Shown here piece by piece: positions 24,665-37,339 of a stretch of DNA of 64,000 nt. This DNA is from Rhodosorus marinus CCMP1338 (Eukaryota; Plantae; Rhodophyta), in contig JAMWBK010000004.1 of NCBI GenBank assembly GCA_029953675.1, positions 1,240,001 through 1,304,000 on the forward strand, given 5' to 3'. Below the pieces are notes generated by a model. It had not been told where the DNA came from. It made no database searches and saw nothing but the letters and a program-made list of their open reading frames with translations. The position numbers and the translations under genes are program-made. How positions within the stretch are numbered: position 1 is the first letter of the stretch; every line of letters begins with the position of its first letter.

Positions 24665-27592
24665 ATCCAGTCGCAGCCCAATATTATGCAGCCCTATCCT
24701 TACCTCTCCTCCCACCCCAATCCTTCAAAACCTCGCTGCACTCAATACCCACAGAAGATTAAAAAAAAAAACAACCACAAAAAATAAATCATCCGAACCG
24801 CTTTCGTCATATTTGCCAATGTCCTCCTCACGCACTCCCCCGCCACCAGTTTTTTCCGGTACCTCTACCAACATTATCCATTTTAGAAGAGGCAGCCCAG
24901 GTCCCGTACCAATCATTAAAAAACACAGTACTCACAAGCCCGCACCCCCCCGCTCTCATTTCTGCGGCACAAAACCCTACCATCCTAATAATTCCCAATT
25001 TTCAACCCTTGAGTTTAGTCTCACTAAAATTAATAAGGGCCCCTAACACCTTTCAAATTTACTTAGTTTTACCCCCCCCCCTCCGGCCCCTTCGAAAATT
25101 ATCACCAGAAGGGGGGGAAAGGGTGTAATTTTCTTACTAAAACTAATCAGGATAGGCTCTCCACAAACATTTGTGAGAAAGATGTACACTTGGAAAATAA
25201 AAATAAAACACATTCAATCTGTTTAAATGTTTGATCCAATGAAAGAAAAGGAACTTGATCTTTTCGTGTATGTTCGTGAATAGGGTTAAAAATATTGGTG
25301 TAAGCATAGTATTGAAAAATGAAGAAATTAAATCAGTTGCGGTTTTGGGGGGGGATTCAATAGGTGCAGTTTTTTAGGGACAATTTGATTTCGTGGTCTA
25401 TCCCGAGGAGCTTCTTTTTCGAGCCGGTTTGCCAGCTCTTGAGCACTAAACTTTCACCGTGAAATAGGTTTCTTGTTTACGAATAAGATACAAGTGCAAA
25501 ATTTTTGGGTTCGACGAGGGTGGTTGCGTGGATGGGCTTTGGAAGGTTGAAGAAAAATAAATAAATAGTAATGGTCGATTATGGCGATCGATCTAAACTG
25601 AGGCGCCGCTTGGCTCCCCGTCTTTCCCCGGCCCTTCTTCCCAACTAATCGGCTTCTGAGGAAAAACGAATCAAATTCTTGACTAGAGACGGCGTGACCC
25701 ATCATGCTCGTGGTCAATAAAACGCAGGATCTACCAAATTTAGAATGGATGGTCATGTTTTAGAGAATATCGCAATACGCCGGGGAGCCTCTCTCCTCGA
25801 ATGGCCTACCAGTGGTGTTTCGTGGTCCATCTCCCAGTTGTTGTCGCCGTGACTAGAAAACTAAGTATCGCTTCCTATGAAAATTATTTGAAGATCCTGG
25901 TGGTTGCCCTTGAACAGATCGTTTCACAGTACTTCTTTTATCAATATGTTTACGCTTGAACTTGATTAGCGGGTATTCATTGGTTAATCGTAATCCGATG
26001 CACTGTAATCACCGTAAGCAAGTACGATTCTGAAATCAAAATGTGAAAAAAATTTGATTTCTAGTGTCAGCATTCATTGAATTTCCGTTAAAATACTCGT
26101 CCATGTACCGACAACGGAAATGGAAGCTCCCCGTGGATTTTTTCCAAGGCATATGCATTGTAAAATATATGTTTTTTTAGGTTTCTCCGGTTAATAAAGG
26201 ATTTCATCAGGGTGAATAAGGTTTTTGCGTTGGGATGCTGGGAGAGAAGGTACGGATGGGCTCTTGCCAAAACGGCAAGCCCTGAGTAAGATTTTTACTG
26301 GATGGAAGATAACCAATGGGGCCCAAAAGTGATGCGCCTTTGAAATAATGCTCTGGGGACGACGGAACGGGAAACAAGGCCGTCTCCACTCCACTCCCCT
26401 CCGCTCCTCCTTCTCCCCTTCCACGAAAATGGCGGTATTCCATGTAGCTTTCCTGTTCAGAACCGGCGACGAGATTTTGGAGGGGAGTCTCGTGGGATTC
26501 GCGAGTGTGTCCCAGGTTCTCCTTTTTGTTTCGGTTGACATTCGATCTTCTGCGGATGTGGAACGGACGAGGGAGGGATTGCCGGAGAAGTACGCCCAAG
26601 ATTTGATCCAACGACGTTGCCCACGAAGAGCGCTATGCTACCAGCGCTTGTCCTCGTGGATATCTTCCCTATCGTCCTTGTCTACTCCACCACTTGAACC
26701 AGAGCCTCTGAGAGGAGACCACTGCAAGATTAATCATGATACAGAAATATCTCCCTCATGCAAGGAATCAACAGCAAACAGCAGATTTATATCGATTCGA
26801 TTCCAGAGCTTTAGAAGTTGTAGCGGGCTGTGCTCACTCATTACAACGTTGTTGGCACAGAACTGGCGGAACTTGAATTATGCGGTTGGGCTGGAAAGTA
26901 CTCTTTTGCACCCATGGACAACCATACGATTGAAAAACTCAGCTTCGGGGTGCTGACTAATAGGAATCTTTGGTTGCGTTGAACAGTAAAGGTTCGGTTA
27001 TTCTTAGCTTCCACACCAGCTAGGACCCGTGTAATGACAACATTACAAAGCAGTTGCGCCTGCTTCCAAAGTCTTGGAGCGAAGAATGGATCCTATAGTG
27101 AGAGGTCCTCGCTTCCTATCGGGCACACCAGCTTTGCTAAGGATGAGTGGAAGTCCTCAAGCAAGGAAAAACAGCTATAGGAGCAAGGGAACGGTGGTAA
27201 ACCCCCCCCCAAAAAAGCTCCCCCGGCCGGGCCAACATGAAACACACCTGGAGCGGCGGGTAATCGGGCATTGCATTATTCTATCTGCTTTTGCATATAT
27301 GCCTCGGGTACGCTTTCGCATCCGTAAAGCTCTACCGGTAACCTCAGACTAAAAGAGGTACGAAAAACTCATCAACAACCATCCAGCCAAAACCCGACAC
27401 TTGATCCTCTATCCGTGTAAAACCGGCTGACGGTCCTCACACAAGGGATATAAGCGCGAGCGCAGATGCACGCCATATCCTGTCTGTCTATCCATGAATC
27501 AACCGGAGCCAATCTTGACGCAGGATCCGCCACTGGGAAGCTTAAACTGCAGTCTGTACATCGACCTCGCAGTTCCACTTACTCTTCATTCC

Positions 27593-28743
27593 TCATCCAC
27601 CAGTCTTCGATTTCTCAGGGCCGAAAGTGTCGGCTTCTGGCCGTGCGAGCAAGTAAAAGCACGGTCCCAGGAAAGGTATTGTCATGATGAGCGCTACTGT
27701 CAAGTAGTCCTGTGGATCACCAGTGAACATTCGCCTTCTTCGCATGTCCTCCACCAAAGGATCGATGAACGCAAGCCACAGTACGACAAAATCAATGCTC
27801 GAGAGGTGAACCAAAGGATCAATGCGGAATTGGTTCGCATAGTCCATCCTGTGAGCCAATCCAAAGAGCGGGGGGCACCTCGGGCTTTCAGATGGCCAGA
27901 AACAACTGCAAACCAGCTCTTCTTAAGGGGTAACTCCGTAGTTGAGGAAGTACTCACCATCTAGCGATGAAAATGAAGTCTACCATTTCCATCCTCCCAT
28001 CAAAGAGCCCGAACGCATTGGCGTAGAGCCCAACGCCGGCTGCGGTCAACGATGCAGCGATCCAGCGATTTTCCATGAACGATTCTTTTCCCTAAACCAT
28101 GCGAAATTCTTGAGTTGCTTAGTCCAACGCTGTTCAGTCGTTTTCAGGTAGCGAAGAGTGATCTTCAACCTTGGTAAAGTCGGGGTCAGGTTGAGTCGCG
28201 TAGTTACGGAGGCCCAAGTACGGGAGCAAAGCGCCCGGTCCAATCGCAGTCGCCAGAGCAAGGAACACGCTGGTGGGCCACTTTTGAATTCTCCACGCTG
28301 GAAGGAGCGTCGCAGCGTAGAGGAGTACGTAGCTGGGTATGAAAAGAAAGATCGCAAAGTAGATCGGGTTCAGGTCCGGTAGCAGTGGATTCCTAAGAGA
28401 AACCAGATCGAAAGCAGAACGTTAGAGCAAGGTCTTCGGGGGACCCGCATGGACGGCCATGCCATCACATCAAGTTGGATGCATGTGTGCGGTCCTACTT
28501 GAGAAGTTCTTCAACCACTGGCGAGGTGTCCTGCAAACTGGACGGTTTGAAGAACGCAGCGTACGAGACAAGCGAGCCCCAGGTACCAAGAGCGATCACC
28601 TTTCGAGCGATTCCAGGGGACCTGGAATCGTCATCGGCCTGGGCCTTACAAATGATCCTCTTCCGATGGCCAAGGCCTCGATCACCCGGAGCCAGACGAA
28701 CAAGGCTGTTCAAGTTTGCACCAGAGCAGAATCCTAAGTACAT
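27593..28743 (-). CDS. Plastid-targeted multi-pass membrane protein, DUF2834-like (plant/cyanobacterial family), multi-exon
   Basis: Transit-like N-terminus MYLGFCSGAN; LGTWGSLVSYAAFFKP; PDLNPIYFAIFLFIPSYVLLYAATLLP; GPGALLPYLGLR; DPLVHLSSIDFVVLWL..EDMRRR; IPFLGPCFYLLARP. These resemble remembered family motifs. Confidence 0.7.
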
Positions 28744-29509
28744 TCTTCTTCCAGCTAACTGTTACACCAATTACCTCGTAGAGCAGCGGTTCGACAGAAG
28801 AAAAGAAAGCCTTACCAGCTACCTTCCCCAACCGCTCGTTTCTGCCGTCGACGGCAAATCGGTCTGCTTTTCAACCACGACCCGCGGGGATCGGCTCGTC
28901 CGCAGAAAAAAGTTTCAGTGGGGACAGGGACAGAAAGCGGAAGCCACGATGCTCGCATTACCAGCGCAGATAGTGGTCAAGGACGGAGGAGGGAGAGGCC
29001 TCGCTTTTCGGGGATACTATGCCCTGCACTCCTGAAGATCGAATGGAATTTGGGTATGCATTCCGTGAATACGGTGATGGTTTGCATTCCGGTCCGCAAG
29101 CCCGCACGGGGAACAAGGCTTTCATGTGGTGAATAAACTGATTTCATTTGACTTAGTACCTAGTTACGCGCGTCCCTAAGCTAAAAAGACGATTAGCAAA
29201 CAATCGGGAACAAAATGAAACACGACGACAATCATGCGAGTCTGTTGACTCGCCCCTGGCTCCCTCGGCGCCGAGATGGGAACGGAGCCAAACGGAGCAG
29301 CACGGAGCCGGTCAGGACGAAGAAATGGGCCCGACGTACGTTCCTCCAGTTGAGCAGTAACAGGTTGCTTCTCATCGTCTTCGATTGAAGCTACAGTTTG
29401 GTCCCATCCCATTTCTCGTTTTCTCCTCCTGCTCGTTCGCCTCACCCCGGTCCGGGTTACGGGAAGAACCGATTCGACGGGCCTACGAAGGCTATCCGAC
29501 AGTGCCACC

Positions 29510-31523
29510 TCAACCTCCCTTGGTATGCTCGACGGTAGTTTGTGCATGGACTTGACGATGGCCATTTACGTGCTCCCTCTTTCCGTCTCGCCTGCTTTTC
29601 CTATTGTCGTCTCGACGTTCTCCAGCTGAATCGTACTTGCCTCTCCCGGAGGATGAACGTCCTCGACCTGACGGTGGGCATCATGATCAAGGAACAGACT
29701 CTCGTTCAACGAGACATCAGCGCGATAGCGATTGCGGAAGCGTCCAGGACGACTGCCCTACCTGATGCCCTGCTGGCATTCGCCGCGTTCGCAGAATTCT
29801 CTGTGCTCCGCGTCGCTGCTCCCTTCGGCGGTGGACGTCGGACTTGGACTCTGACCTTCTTCAAAATCTCGCTACAGCCAGCGGGAGCTGCGTCTTTCCA
29901 CGACTCCAGTGCCTTCATCACAGAGGTTTCCGAGTCAAAGTCTACGAAAGCGTATCCTCTGGATAGCCTGAGATCGACGTTCTCCACGTGTCCGTATTGG
30001 CTGAACTCATCACGCAGAATCGCAGAAAGCTCGGCTGCCTTCACTGTGCGAGAATTTGGCATCTGGCTCACGTAAATCCCGGGTAGCGCAGGACTCTCCG
30101 GTTCACCTTGTTTTCGTTCAGTCGAATCGCACAAACAGAACAACCAAAACAGCTTGCTGAGCGATACTACCGCGTCGGTGAACATTTCGGAGCACCGCGT
30201 GTCTGAGAGGCTGCTTACCTTGAGCTTTCTGGCCCGATGAAGCTCTCGAAGCTTTCTTTACGGAATCGAGTGAATCGCGAGGCTGCTCAACGGGGACGCT
30301 TGGTACACCGTTTGCTGGCTTTGAATGGTTGATGCTGGAGACGATAGACGCGTAGGATATCTTCTCCGGAGATATCAAATCCTTCAGAGGCGTGCTTTCC
30401 GCAGCCTGGTCCTCTACGTGCGCTACTGTTGGATCACCTACTTCAGTACACGCAGACAGGTCCTCCTGAGGAAGAGGAAATCATTGACTTCGTGTGTCAG
30501 AGAATATGTAACTCCCTTGTCCCAGGAGGGGTCGAAACGTTGCAATCTTCTTTGCGTTCACTGTAGGAGGGAGCGGGCTGGGGGGACTTCTCACCGTTAC
30601 GCGCTCAGTGGAGTCTTGCTCTTGCACCGCTTGGGCATCTCTCTGCTCAATAGCCTCTGCGCTGACCGCAACCTGACCCATGACCGGGGCATGCTGTTCG
30701 CTAGCGGCCGCCGGAGGTTCAGCGTTTGAAATCTCCGCGGGAACTTGCCCAGCGACATCAGTGCGATCCGAAACTTGTCCTGAGACGTGTTCGGCAGGGA
30801 TTCCCGTAGCAGTTTCCTGTACTTGTGTCGCAGGGCCAGAAACTTCACTCCCATCAACAGGAGCTGCATCTGGCTTTTCATCGGTAAACCGGAAGACATC
30901 ATTTCTAACAAACCAGCTGTTGTTGAGGGAGAGAGATTTGCATGCCTGGTGAGCGTGACGAGGGTATCTATGCAACTGCTGACAGAGCTTCTCATGCGAA
31001 TAGTTTTTTGTGGTGGCTTACCCATTTGCCTGAGGGTACAGTAAAAAGGAGTTCACGAAGTTTCGTCCTAGTGACGGGGAAGACTTCTTAAACGCTTTCC
31101 CATAGACCTGCAGCACGAGCGACTCCCCAAGTGACCACTGACTATCAATGGCGGAAAATTCAAAGTTGCACGCCTGCAACTCTCGCTTCGGCTGCTTCTG
31201 AATTTCGACTTCCCCTGCAACAAGAACCCGATTGAAACCATCGGTTAGCGGATCTGAATAGCAAATCAGCCAGCATTTCACAAGAATACATGAATACGAC
31301 TTCAACCGTCCCATCGGTACAGGATCAAGCGACACTTACCCTGCAACACGATAGACTCATCTTCCGGTCCATCGGCGAAGGAGCTGACGCTTTCCGATTT
31401 GTAAAACCGGTACAAGTCATTGGGCCGATTAGAGAGGATCTTATAGTACAAAATCACGAACTGCTTCGCGACATATTCTGCTTCGTACTTTCGATCTCCA
31501 GTAGGACTGTCGTCATCCACCAT
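29510..31523 (-). CDS. G3BP: G3BP-like protein (NTF2-like domain + RRM + RG-rich tail), multi-exon
   Basis: VAKQFVILYYKILSNRPNDLYRFY, SQWSLGESLVLQVYG, FVRNDVFRF (NTF2-like); IYVSQMP...RGYAFVDF (RRM); last exon GRGRSSSGRGK...KGG*. Confidence 0.88.
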
Positions 31524-33299
31524 ATTGACGAGCAAAGCTTTGTCGAGAAAACGAACTATTCAAAACCCGTCTCACACAAACCCCGAAAAAACTCCAAAGC
31601 CCCACCAAGCTTGTGACTTAATTTTACAAACTGGCCAAGCCCAGTCTGAAGACATCAGCCGCGCGTCAACTAAGAGTCGTACGCGTAATCAACTAGAGTC
31701 TACGAAACTTCCCCATAGTCATTCAGATTATTCCCTCATATACCCACTCTCCCTCCACCTCTCTTCTTCCCAAGCAGAGCTTCTCAAATATCCTGACGAC
31801 GCATAGTAAGCTCGGAGTGTCCGTAGCCTAACTTTTGTCCCATCGTGCGTGGGGATCCATGGTAGTCGTCGATAAGCAGTGGCAGATCACATCGGTTTGA
31901 TTAATATATAAGTCTAACCGGCTTTCAAGTATATTTCAATAGGGAACGGAGCCCTCCCGAAGGCAACTAGGTTTTCGGCGAGAGGCCTAGGCCATAAACC
32001 CCACAGAAGCGGTGGGACAACCGTGCGATGGTCCCTCGAGCTCAAGTAGGAACCACACGAGCATCGTGAAAAAAGGCATGAACATTGATTGTTGATTTGA
32101 AATCCAAAATAGAAGGCCTTCCTTTGCACAACCGTCCAGAGTAAGATTGCTGCTCTTGTCACAGGCGCTGCCGTCCCCTAACTCTAGCCCTGTCCCACAA
32201 TCGCTAGTCCCATTAGGCCGACCGACCACCGTTCCACCTCGTTCCTTCAACATTCCGCAACTTGAAAAATAATAGATTTATCGACCAAGATATTTTCCCC
32301 GTTTTCTCGAAAGTTTAAGACAGTCTGTCCCAACAATTTTTCCATTGCTAGGGAGATCTAACCCTTTGAGGAAAAATCCTGATAGTACCTTCTTATGAGT
32401 TTTTTACTTGATATTAAAGTTTATTTCCGATTCTGTAGAGAAACTGGAAAGGGGGTAGGTGTAGAGACGATGGAAAACGTGAGGTCATAAATGACGTGAA
32501 GAAGTACTTTTTTGCTGGAAGCGAATTGGAGCGTGAAATTTAACGGGTTGGTCTGTGGACGAATTTCTTAGGAAGAACGAGGGTTGACAGTCCGTAGGAG
32601 GTTGTTGCCCTTTGTGCGCGGTGTTCGGATACCACGAGCGTGAAGAAGGAGGATCTTAGGCTAGCTTTTTGTCGTTGTATTCGATGCAGAGCAGAGCGCG
32701 TATTAAATGGATTCTGTATTTTGAAAGGAGACAAGTGAGGTTTGCTATGCTGCCCGGTCAACTCAAAAAAGTGGACACGTGTGTGGCAAGTCCCCAACCT
32801 TGGCACCGAGGTCCTGTTCAGACTTGTCAGTATCGTACGACTTGGATATTCTTATGCGGTTTGATTCAAAAGCCAGCCATTCTCTACCCCGTGTCTGAAC
32901 GCGTAGGAGCCGGTTTCATTAGTCCCGAAAGGAGATCGTTGGTGGAAACCCGCAAATTTACTGGAATCCCTTGAGCGATCTCCTTTTTGTATTCGGGGGA
33001 GTTTGCTCTTCCCCCCGCAGCCATTAGATATAGGAGGTCAGATCGTGTTCTGTCTAGAATACCGAGCATGAAACTACCACGTTAGCATGATCAATTCCAA
33101 CACAGTGACTGACTGGCTCGATGGGGTCAGACTGGCGCATTGCGCACTGCTGCGTCAGGCACTGTCAGAAACCGTTTCTGACTGGCACATCAAATCGATA
33201 CCATTTGGTCGGATCGATTGGAACTGAAAGAGTACAGGCAACTTGAGGTCGACAAAGAATTGGGTTGCTGCCTTTTGTAACGATAGTCTTCGAGCCAAG

Positions 33300-34274
33300 A
33301 TGATCGCTTTTACTTCGGGGTTAGCGAGTTTGCCGAGGACGGTGCTAAGGACAGCTGTTCGCCACCGCAGTAGGCACTTCGGGGTGCGCATGAATTCATC
33401 ACAGGAGAATGATCCTGTGCAATGGGGTGCGATTGCTGCGTCTGCTGTTGCCACTCCGGTGACTGTCTGGAGTGAGTATACTCTGGCCACGACTGGAAGG
33501 GGACTTCCAGATCAGTATGGGCTCATTGAGGGGTTGTCTTACCTCGTCATCGTGGGGCTCGTGGGCTGGTCGATCTTTACCAAGGTGAGAACACGCAAGT
33601 ACATTGTCGTGAAGCGGGATCATCTTGGAGCGGAGGTACTTTCCTATGACGGACAATGGATTGATCTCGTCAAGGATAAACGAGTTACCGTTCGGGCAGT
33701 CTTTAAGCCGAAATCAGTGCAGTTAACAGAAAAGGTCGGAATCTTCCGAGGGGACACTTTGACGGAGTACTTTTACGGAGATCGATGGTACAATGTGTTC
33801 AGGATAGAATCTACGCCCGATCGAATACTTCGTGGATGGTACTGCAACATCACCCGCCCGGCAATCATATCCGACGACAGAGTGGAATCCGATGACCTCG
33901 CTTTGGACTTGGTTGTCGCTCCGGACGGAGAGTGTACTGTCTTGGACAAGAAGGAGTTTGAAAGGCTGCCCCTCCCGGGTGATGAAGTATCCTCCGCTCT
34001 AAGTGCTCTCGCTGAGCTCGAATCGCTTGTCGATTGTCGAACTGAATTCTTCAGGGACATTCCACCCAGATAATGCTAACCACACGACTCTCTCGAAATT
34101 CTCCTTCCCAAATCCAAAAAAAACACCAATCGACTGAAAATTCTGCTGCAGGTCAAGACGGGCTCCGGACTTCCGCAGGGTCCGTTCGCGCTCCTAGGAG
34201 CTTGCGAAGGCATCTCGTACCTGCTCATTGTGTCCGGCATAGGAGCGTACATATACCAAGCCGCGGCAAACTAG
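33300..34274 (+). CDS. Conserved small plastid membrane protein of unknown function (spliced form; exons 33300-33584 and 34152-34274)
   Basis: The spliced product reads ...WSEYTLATTGRGLPDQYGLIEGLSYLVIVGLVGWSIFTK|VKTGSGLPQGPFALLGACEGISYLLIVSGIG..., the duplicated (T)G.GLP...EG.SYL motif of a plant/algal plastid family (At2g36885-like from memory; needs verifying). Phase-0 AAG|GTGAGA donor and CTGCAG|GTC acceptor. Confidence 0.85.
33585..34073 (+). CDS. Intron-encoded DUF402 (FomD/Ntdp-like nucleotide phosphatase) domain, in frame with upstream exon 1
   Basis: 162 stop-free codons: IVVKRDHLGAEVLSYDG...RGDTLTEYFYGDRWYNVFRI...LRGWYCNITRPA...DDLALDLVVAPDG..VLDKKEF. This matches bacterial DUF402 motifs, and the segment contains no Met. 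Confidence 0.85.
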   Translation: MRTRKYIVVKRDHLGAEVLSYDGQWIDLVKDKRVTVRAVFKPKSVQLTEKVGIFRGDTLTEYFYGDRWYNVFRIESTPDRILRGWYCNITRPAIISDDRVESDDLALDLVVAPDGECTVLDKKEFERLPLPGDEVSSALSALAELESLVDCRTEFFRDIPPR

Positions 34275-34899
34275 GAAGGTAGTCAAAGCTGAATCACTCG
34301 GACCTGGAGATCGCTGCTGTCGAAAACAGCATCAAATCAATTGACTGCTTCCATGAAATCTAAGAATTGTGCCATCTCCGACCTTGCCGCGAGGGGACCC
34401 ATTCCTCTCTTGCCACTAAACGCAGACGCAATGGTTCAGCCCTGCAGGAGACTCGGAAATCTATATAGATATAAAACGTGTCATTTGAGGAATGAAGTTG
34501 ATACCTTATTTTCATTTCTATCCACGCTCGTGCAAACGAGCTATCGGATATCTCCGCTCCCGGTCAGTGTTTCTTGCTAGGTTGGGGTAGGATTTTGGAA
34601 TTGTCCCACTTCAGATGTGCCCGGCTGAAGTAGGTACTTGCTACGATGAAAACCTTTCGCGGTTAGATAGATCCATCTGGATAGTACCCATGGCCAGGGC
34701 TGCAACAGCCTCTGGGCAATGGCGTCAATGCTGCGGAGATCTTTTCAGCAGCGAGGTTTCCTGGAGATATTTCGTTTTTCTTTACACTAGACCAGCTGTC
34801 TCCTGAGAATTAGGCTACAGTACAATTGTCGCTCGTTGTGCGATCCTTCCGCAAGCAGCAGGAAGGTGGAACTGCCGAAACTGAAGTACAAGCCATGGA

Positions 34900-35636
34900 T
34901 TATTGTGGGGCGGACATCACCATCTCCTCGATCTCAGGTAAATATTGAAGCAAGCTTTTGAAGTTGTCCTTGGTCAGCCATATACCTTCATATTCACGAG
35001 AAGGAAGAAAGAATTGGAAATGGCATCGTATACGGATCAGCACAGAATAGGGAACTGTGCACATGCTCATCTATGGACACTGAGAGACCGATTCCAGTCT
35101 AAACATCTTACCTTTCTTTCCTGGCAGCATTTTTCCACCCTTGTCGTAGTACTCCCTTATGTCCACTCCTACGCGGCCTTGGAAGGCTCGTACTGTGACC
35201 CTCTTCCCACGTCCAAGCTAATTGATTTGGCAAGTTATCACAATACGCTCAGAGTTAGCAAAAAGGGAGCGAGTAGACACCAGCTCGAATCCTTTGACTA
35301 GATCTACTAGATCGTCACTAGATCTTTAGGGTTATACCTACATCCCCGTACATTTCCGAGCTCTCGTTCATCTGCATCAAAGATTTTTTCTGCTTCTTCG
35401 CAGCAGGCTTGTCCTGATCACGCCCATCCTCATCATCCTGGCGGTCGGGATGCACACAAAGATCAAGACAGGTCTCAGAAACGCAGCCAATACTACAGAA
35501 AACGAAATCAATACCCCTCCCAAGCCAGAAGCAAAAAAAAACACAAATCAAAAACAAAAGTTCCCACCTCTCCGTCTTCCTCAACAACTTCGACCACTTC
35601 CTCTTCCTCGTAATCAACGTACTTGGAAGCTGACAT
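34900..35636 (-). CDS. SUB1: Transcriptional coactivator PC4/Sub1 (p15), multi-exon
   Basis: Exons read [14 protein letters not shown].., [44 protein letters not shown] and [12 protein letters not shown], giving the PC4 domain. Confidence 0.92.
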
Positions 35637-37339
35637 CGTCTCCACCAAAACCCCCCCCCCAAAAAAAAATATGCAAACGAAAAAACCAAAAAATTATAAA
35701 TACACACTCCCACAACTCCCACCGCTCAATCCACAAAACGTACCCACCCACCCCCACCCACCCCCACCCACACAAAACCCTCCACTACCAGAAACTATAC
35801 CAACAAAGATCACCAAAGATGGCTCGCTCCTCCGCACAACTAAATCTCCTTCTCCATCCAAAAACCAAAACCAACATTTTATGGAGTCGATCATCATTAG
35901 ATAATAGTTTGGTCTATGGGGAGATCCAAAAAAAAGACTCCTGAAAATCTCCTGAGGAAGGAGAAGAAAAAAACGTATGTTCTCCCTCTTCGTCCGAATG
36001 TGTTAAACTTTGGAGTATCGCCGAAGGCGATGGTTGATGCTCATGGACAATTGCTTTTGAGCTCATTGGTGTTAAGAGAAAACCGGATCCCTTCCGATCA
36101 GATCGATCTCATGATGCTGTACTACTGGCTGGCCTCCGAATTCAATGACAGACTCGACTTAGGGTTTGGATTCAAAAGCTGGTATGGTGGTTGAATTCCG
36201 TTGTCCCGACTATGGTGAAAGCGTTGAGCGGCAACCTGTTGATCGTAGAAAACTAGTTTGCACTAGATCGTGGAGTCCAGATTGTAAAGATCGTGTCCAA
36301 CTCGTCGATCCCAATGACATATCGGACTCTAGACGGATCTCTTCGCAGAGTTGGAAGAGGTGTCGTTGACATTGATCCTAGATTTCCCGGATCGATCTGA
36401 TGAGTCGCTCATGCAAGGGGACAGTTGCACTGCTGGCATGTTGAGGCTCGTAGCCGCGTTATGAGTTTTGGGTTCCCTCAACGCTTCCTTCCTGGCGATG
36501 AAGTTGAATCGCGAAATTCGAAGCTGGAATAGGGTTTCTGATATCCCACAAATAGCTTCGGACCAGCAATCTACATCGCACAGGCACTGATCCGAAGGAA
36601 CGGATTCAATCGCATTTGATCTGTAACGTGTGGAGCCGAATATGACGTCCGCTTTGGATCTCCGCGGGACGTAGTAGGCCCTGGAAACTAGAGAACGCGT
36701 TTCCAGTGAAATTTGAAGTATTGCGAAGCGCACCGCAAGTACAATTCGTCGAACTGAGCGGAATCGTGGAAACAGTCGGGTTTAAAACAGGGTGAGCCTG
36801 CCTTTGCTCGTTTCCATAGAGCGCGGATCTTTATGAATCCAACTACCTCGCCACGCCACATACGAGCGTGCCTGTGTATGCTGTGGGCGAGAATAGCAAC
36901 AGACGGTGGAGACTGTCCCTACCAATCTTCGTCGTGCGACCGCCGTAAATGTTCAGCAGAGCAACAAAGACGATAGGCATCGGGGACAGCGCCAACCTTA
37001 GGAAGTATTGCGTACCCCCAGTAGTCTACAAGGCCCTCGCACCCCTCCAAGGCCATAGAAGTAAACAGAAAAAACACCAGGTCCTCGAGAGGTTACTTCG
37101 CTCGAGGAGAGCCAAGTTCCCCTCCAGGCTCCATTGCCTCCTTAAAACCCCAGAACTGTTCAGAATGTCGGTATCTACAGCGAGCTTCCTCAACTTTACA
37201 AAACAGGAAAAAATGCGCGCCCAAATACACACTAGAACTACGCTTCGACAGCCGTTCGCGCATTGGGTTGTATGTGCAACTCACACATGGCCAAGGTACT
37301 TCTTCGCACTGAGCTCATTAACTTCCACCGGAAAGCATC

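Noticed and set aside
29706-29760. ORF-track stop for G3BP at 29706
   Set aside because: A GT-AG intron (GCATCAG|gtaggg...cgtcag|GTCGAGG) leads to an RG-rich last exon ending at 29510, which fits the family better.
33585-34073. DUF402 as an independent nested gene or bacterial contamination
   Set aside because: The segment has no in-frame ATG and is flanked in phase by both halves of a spliced eukaryotic gene.
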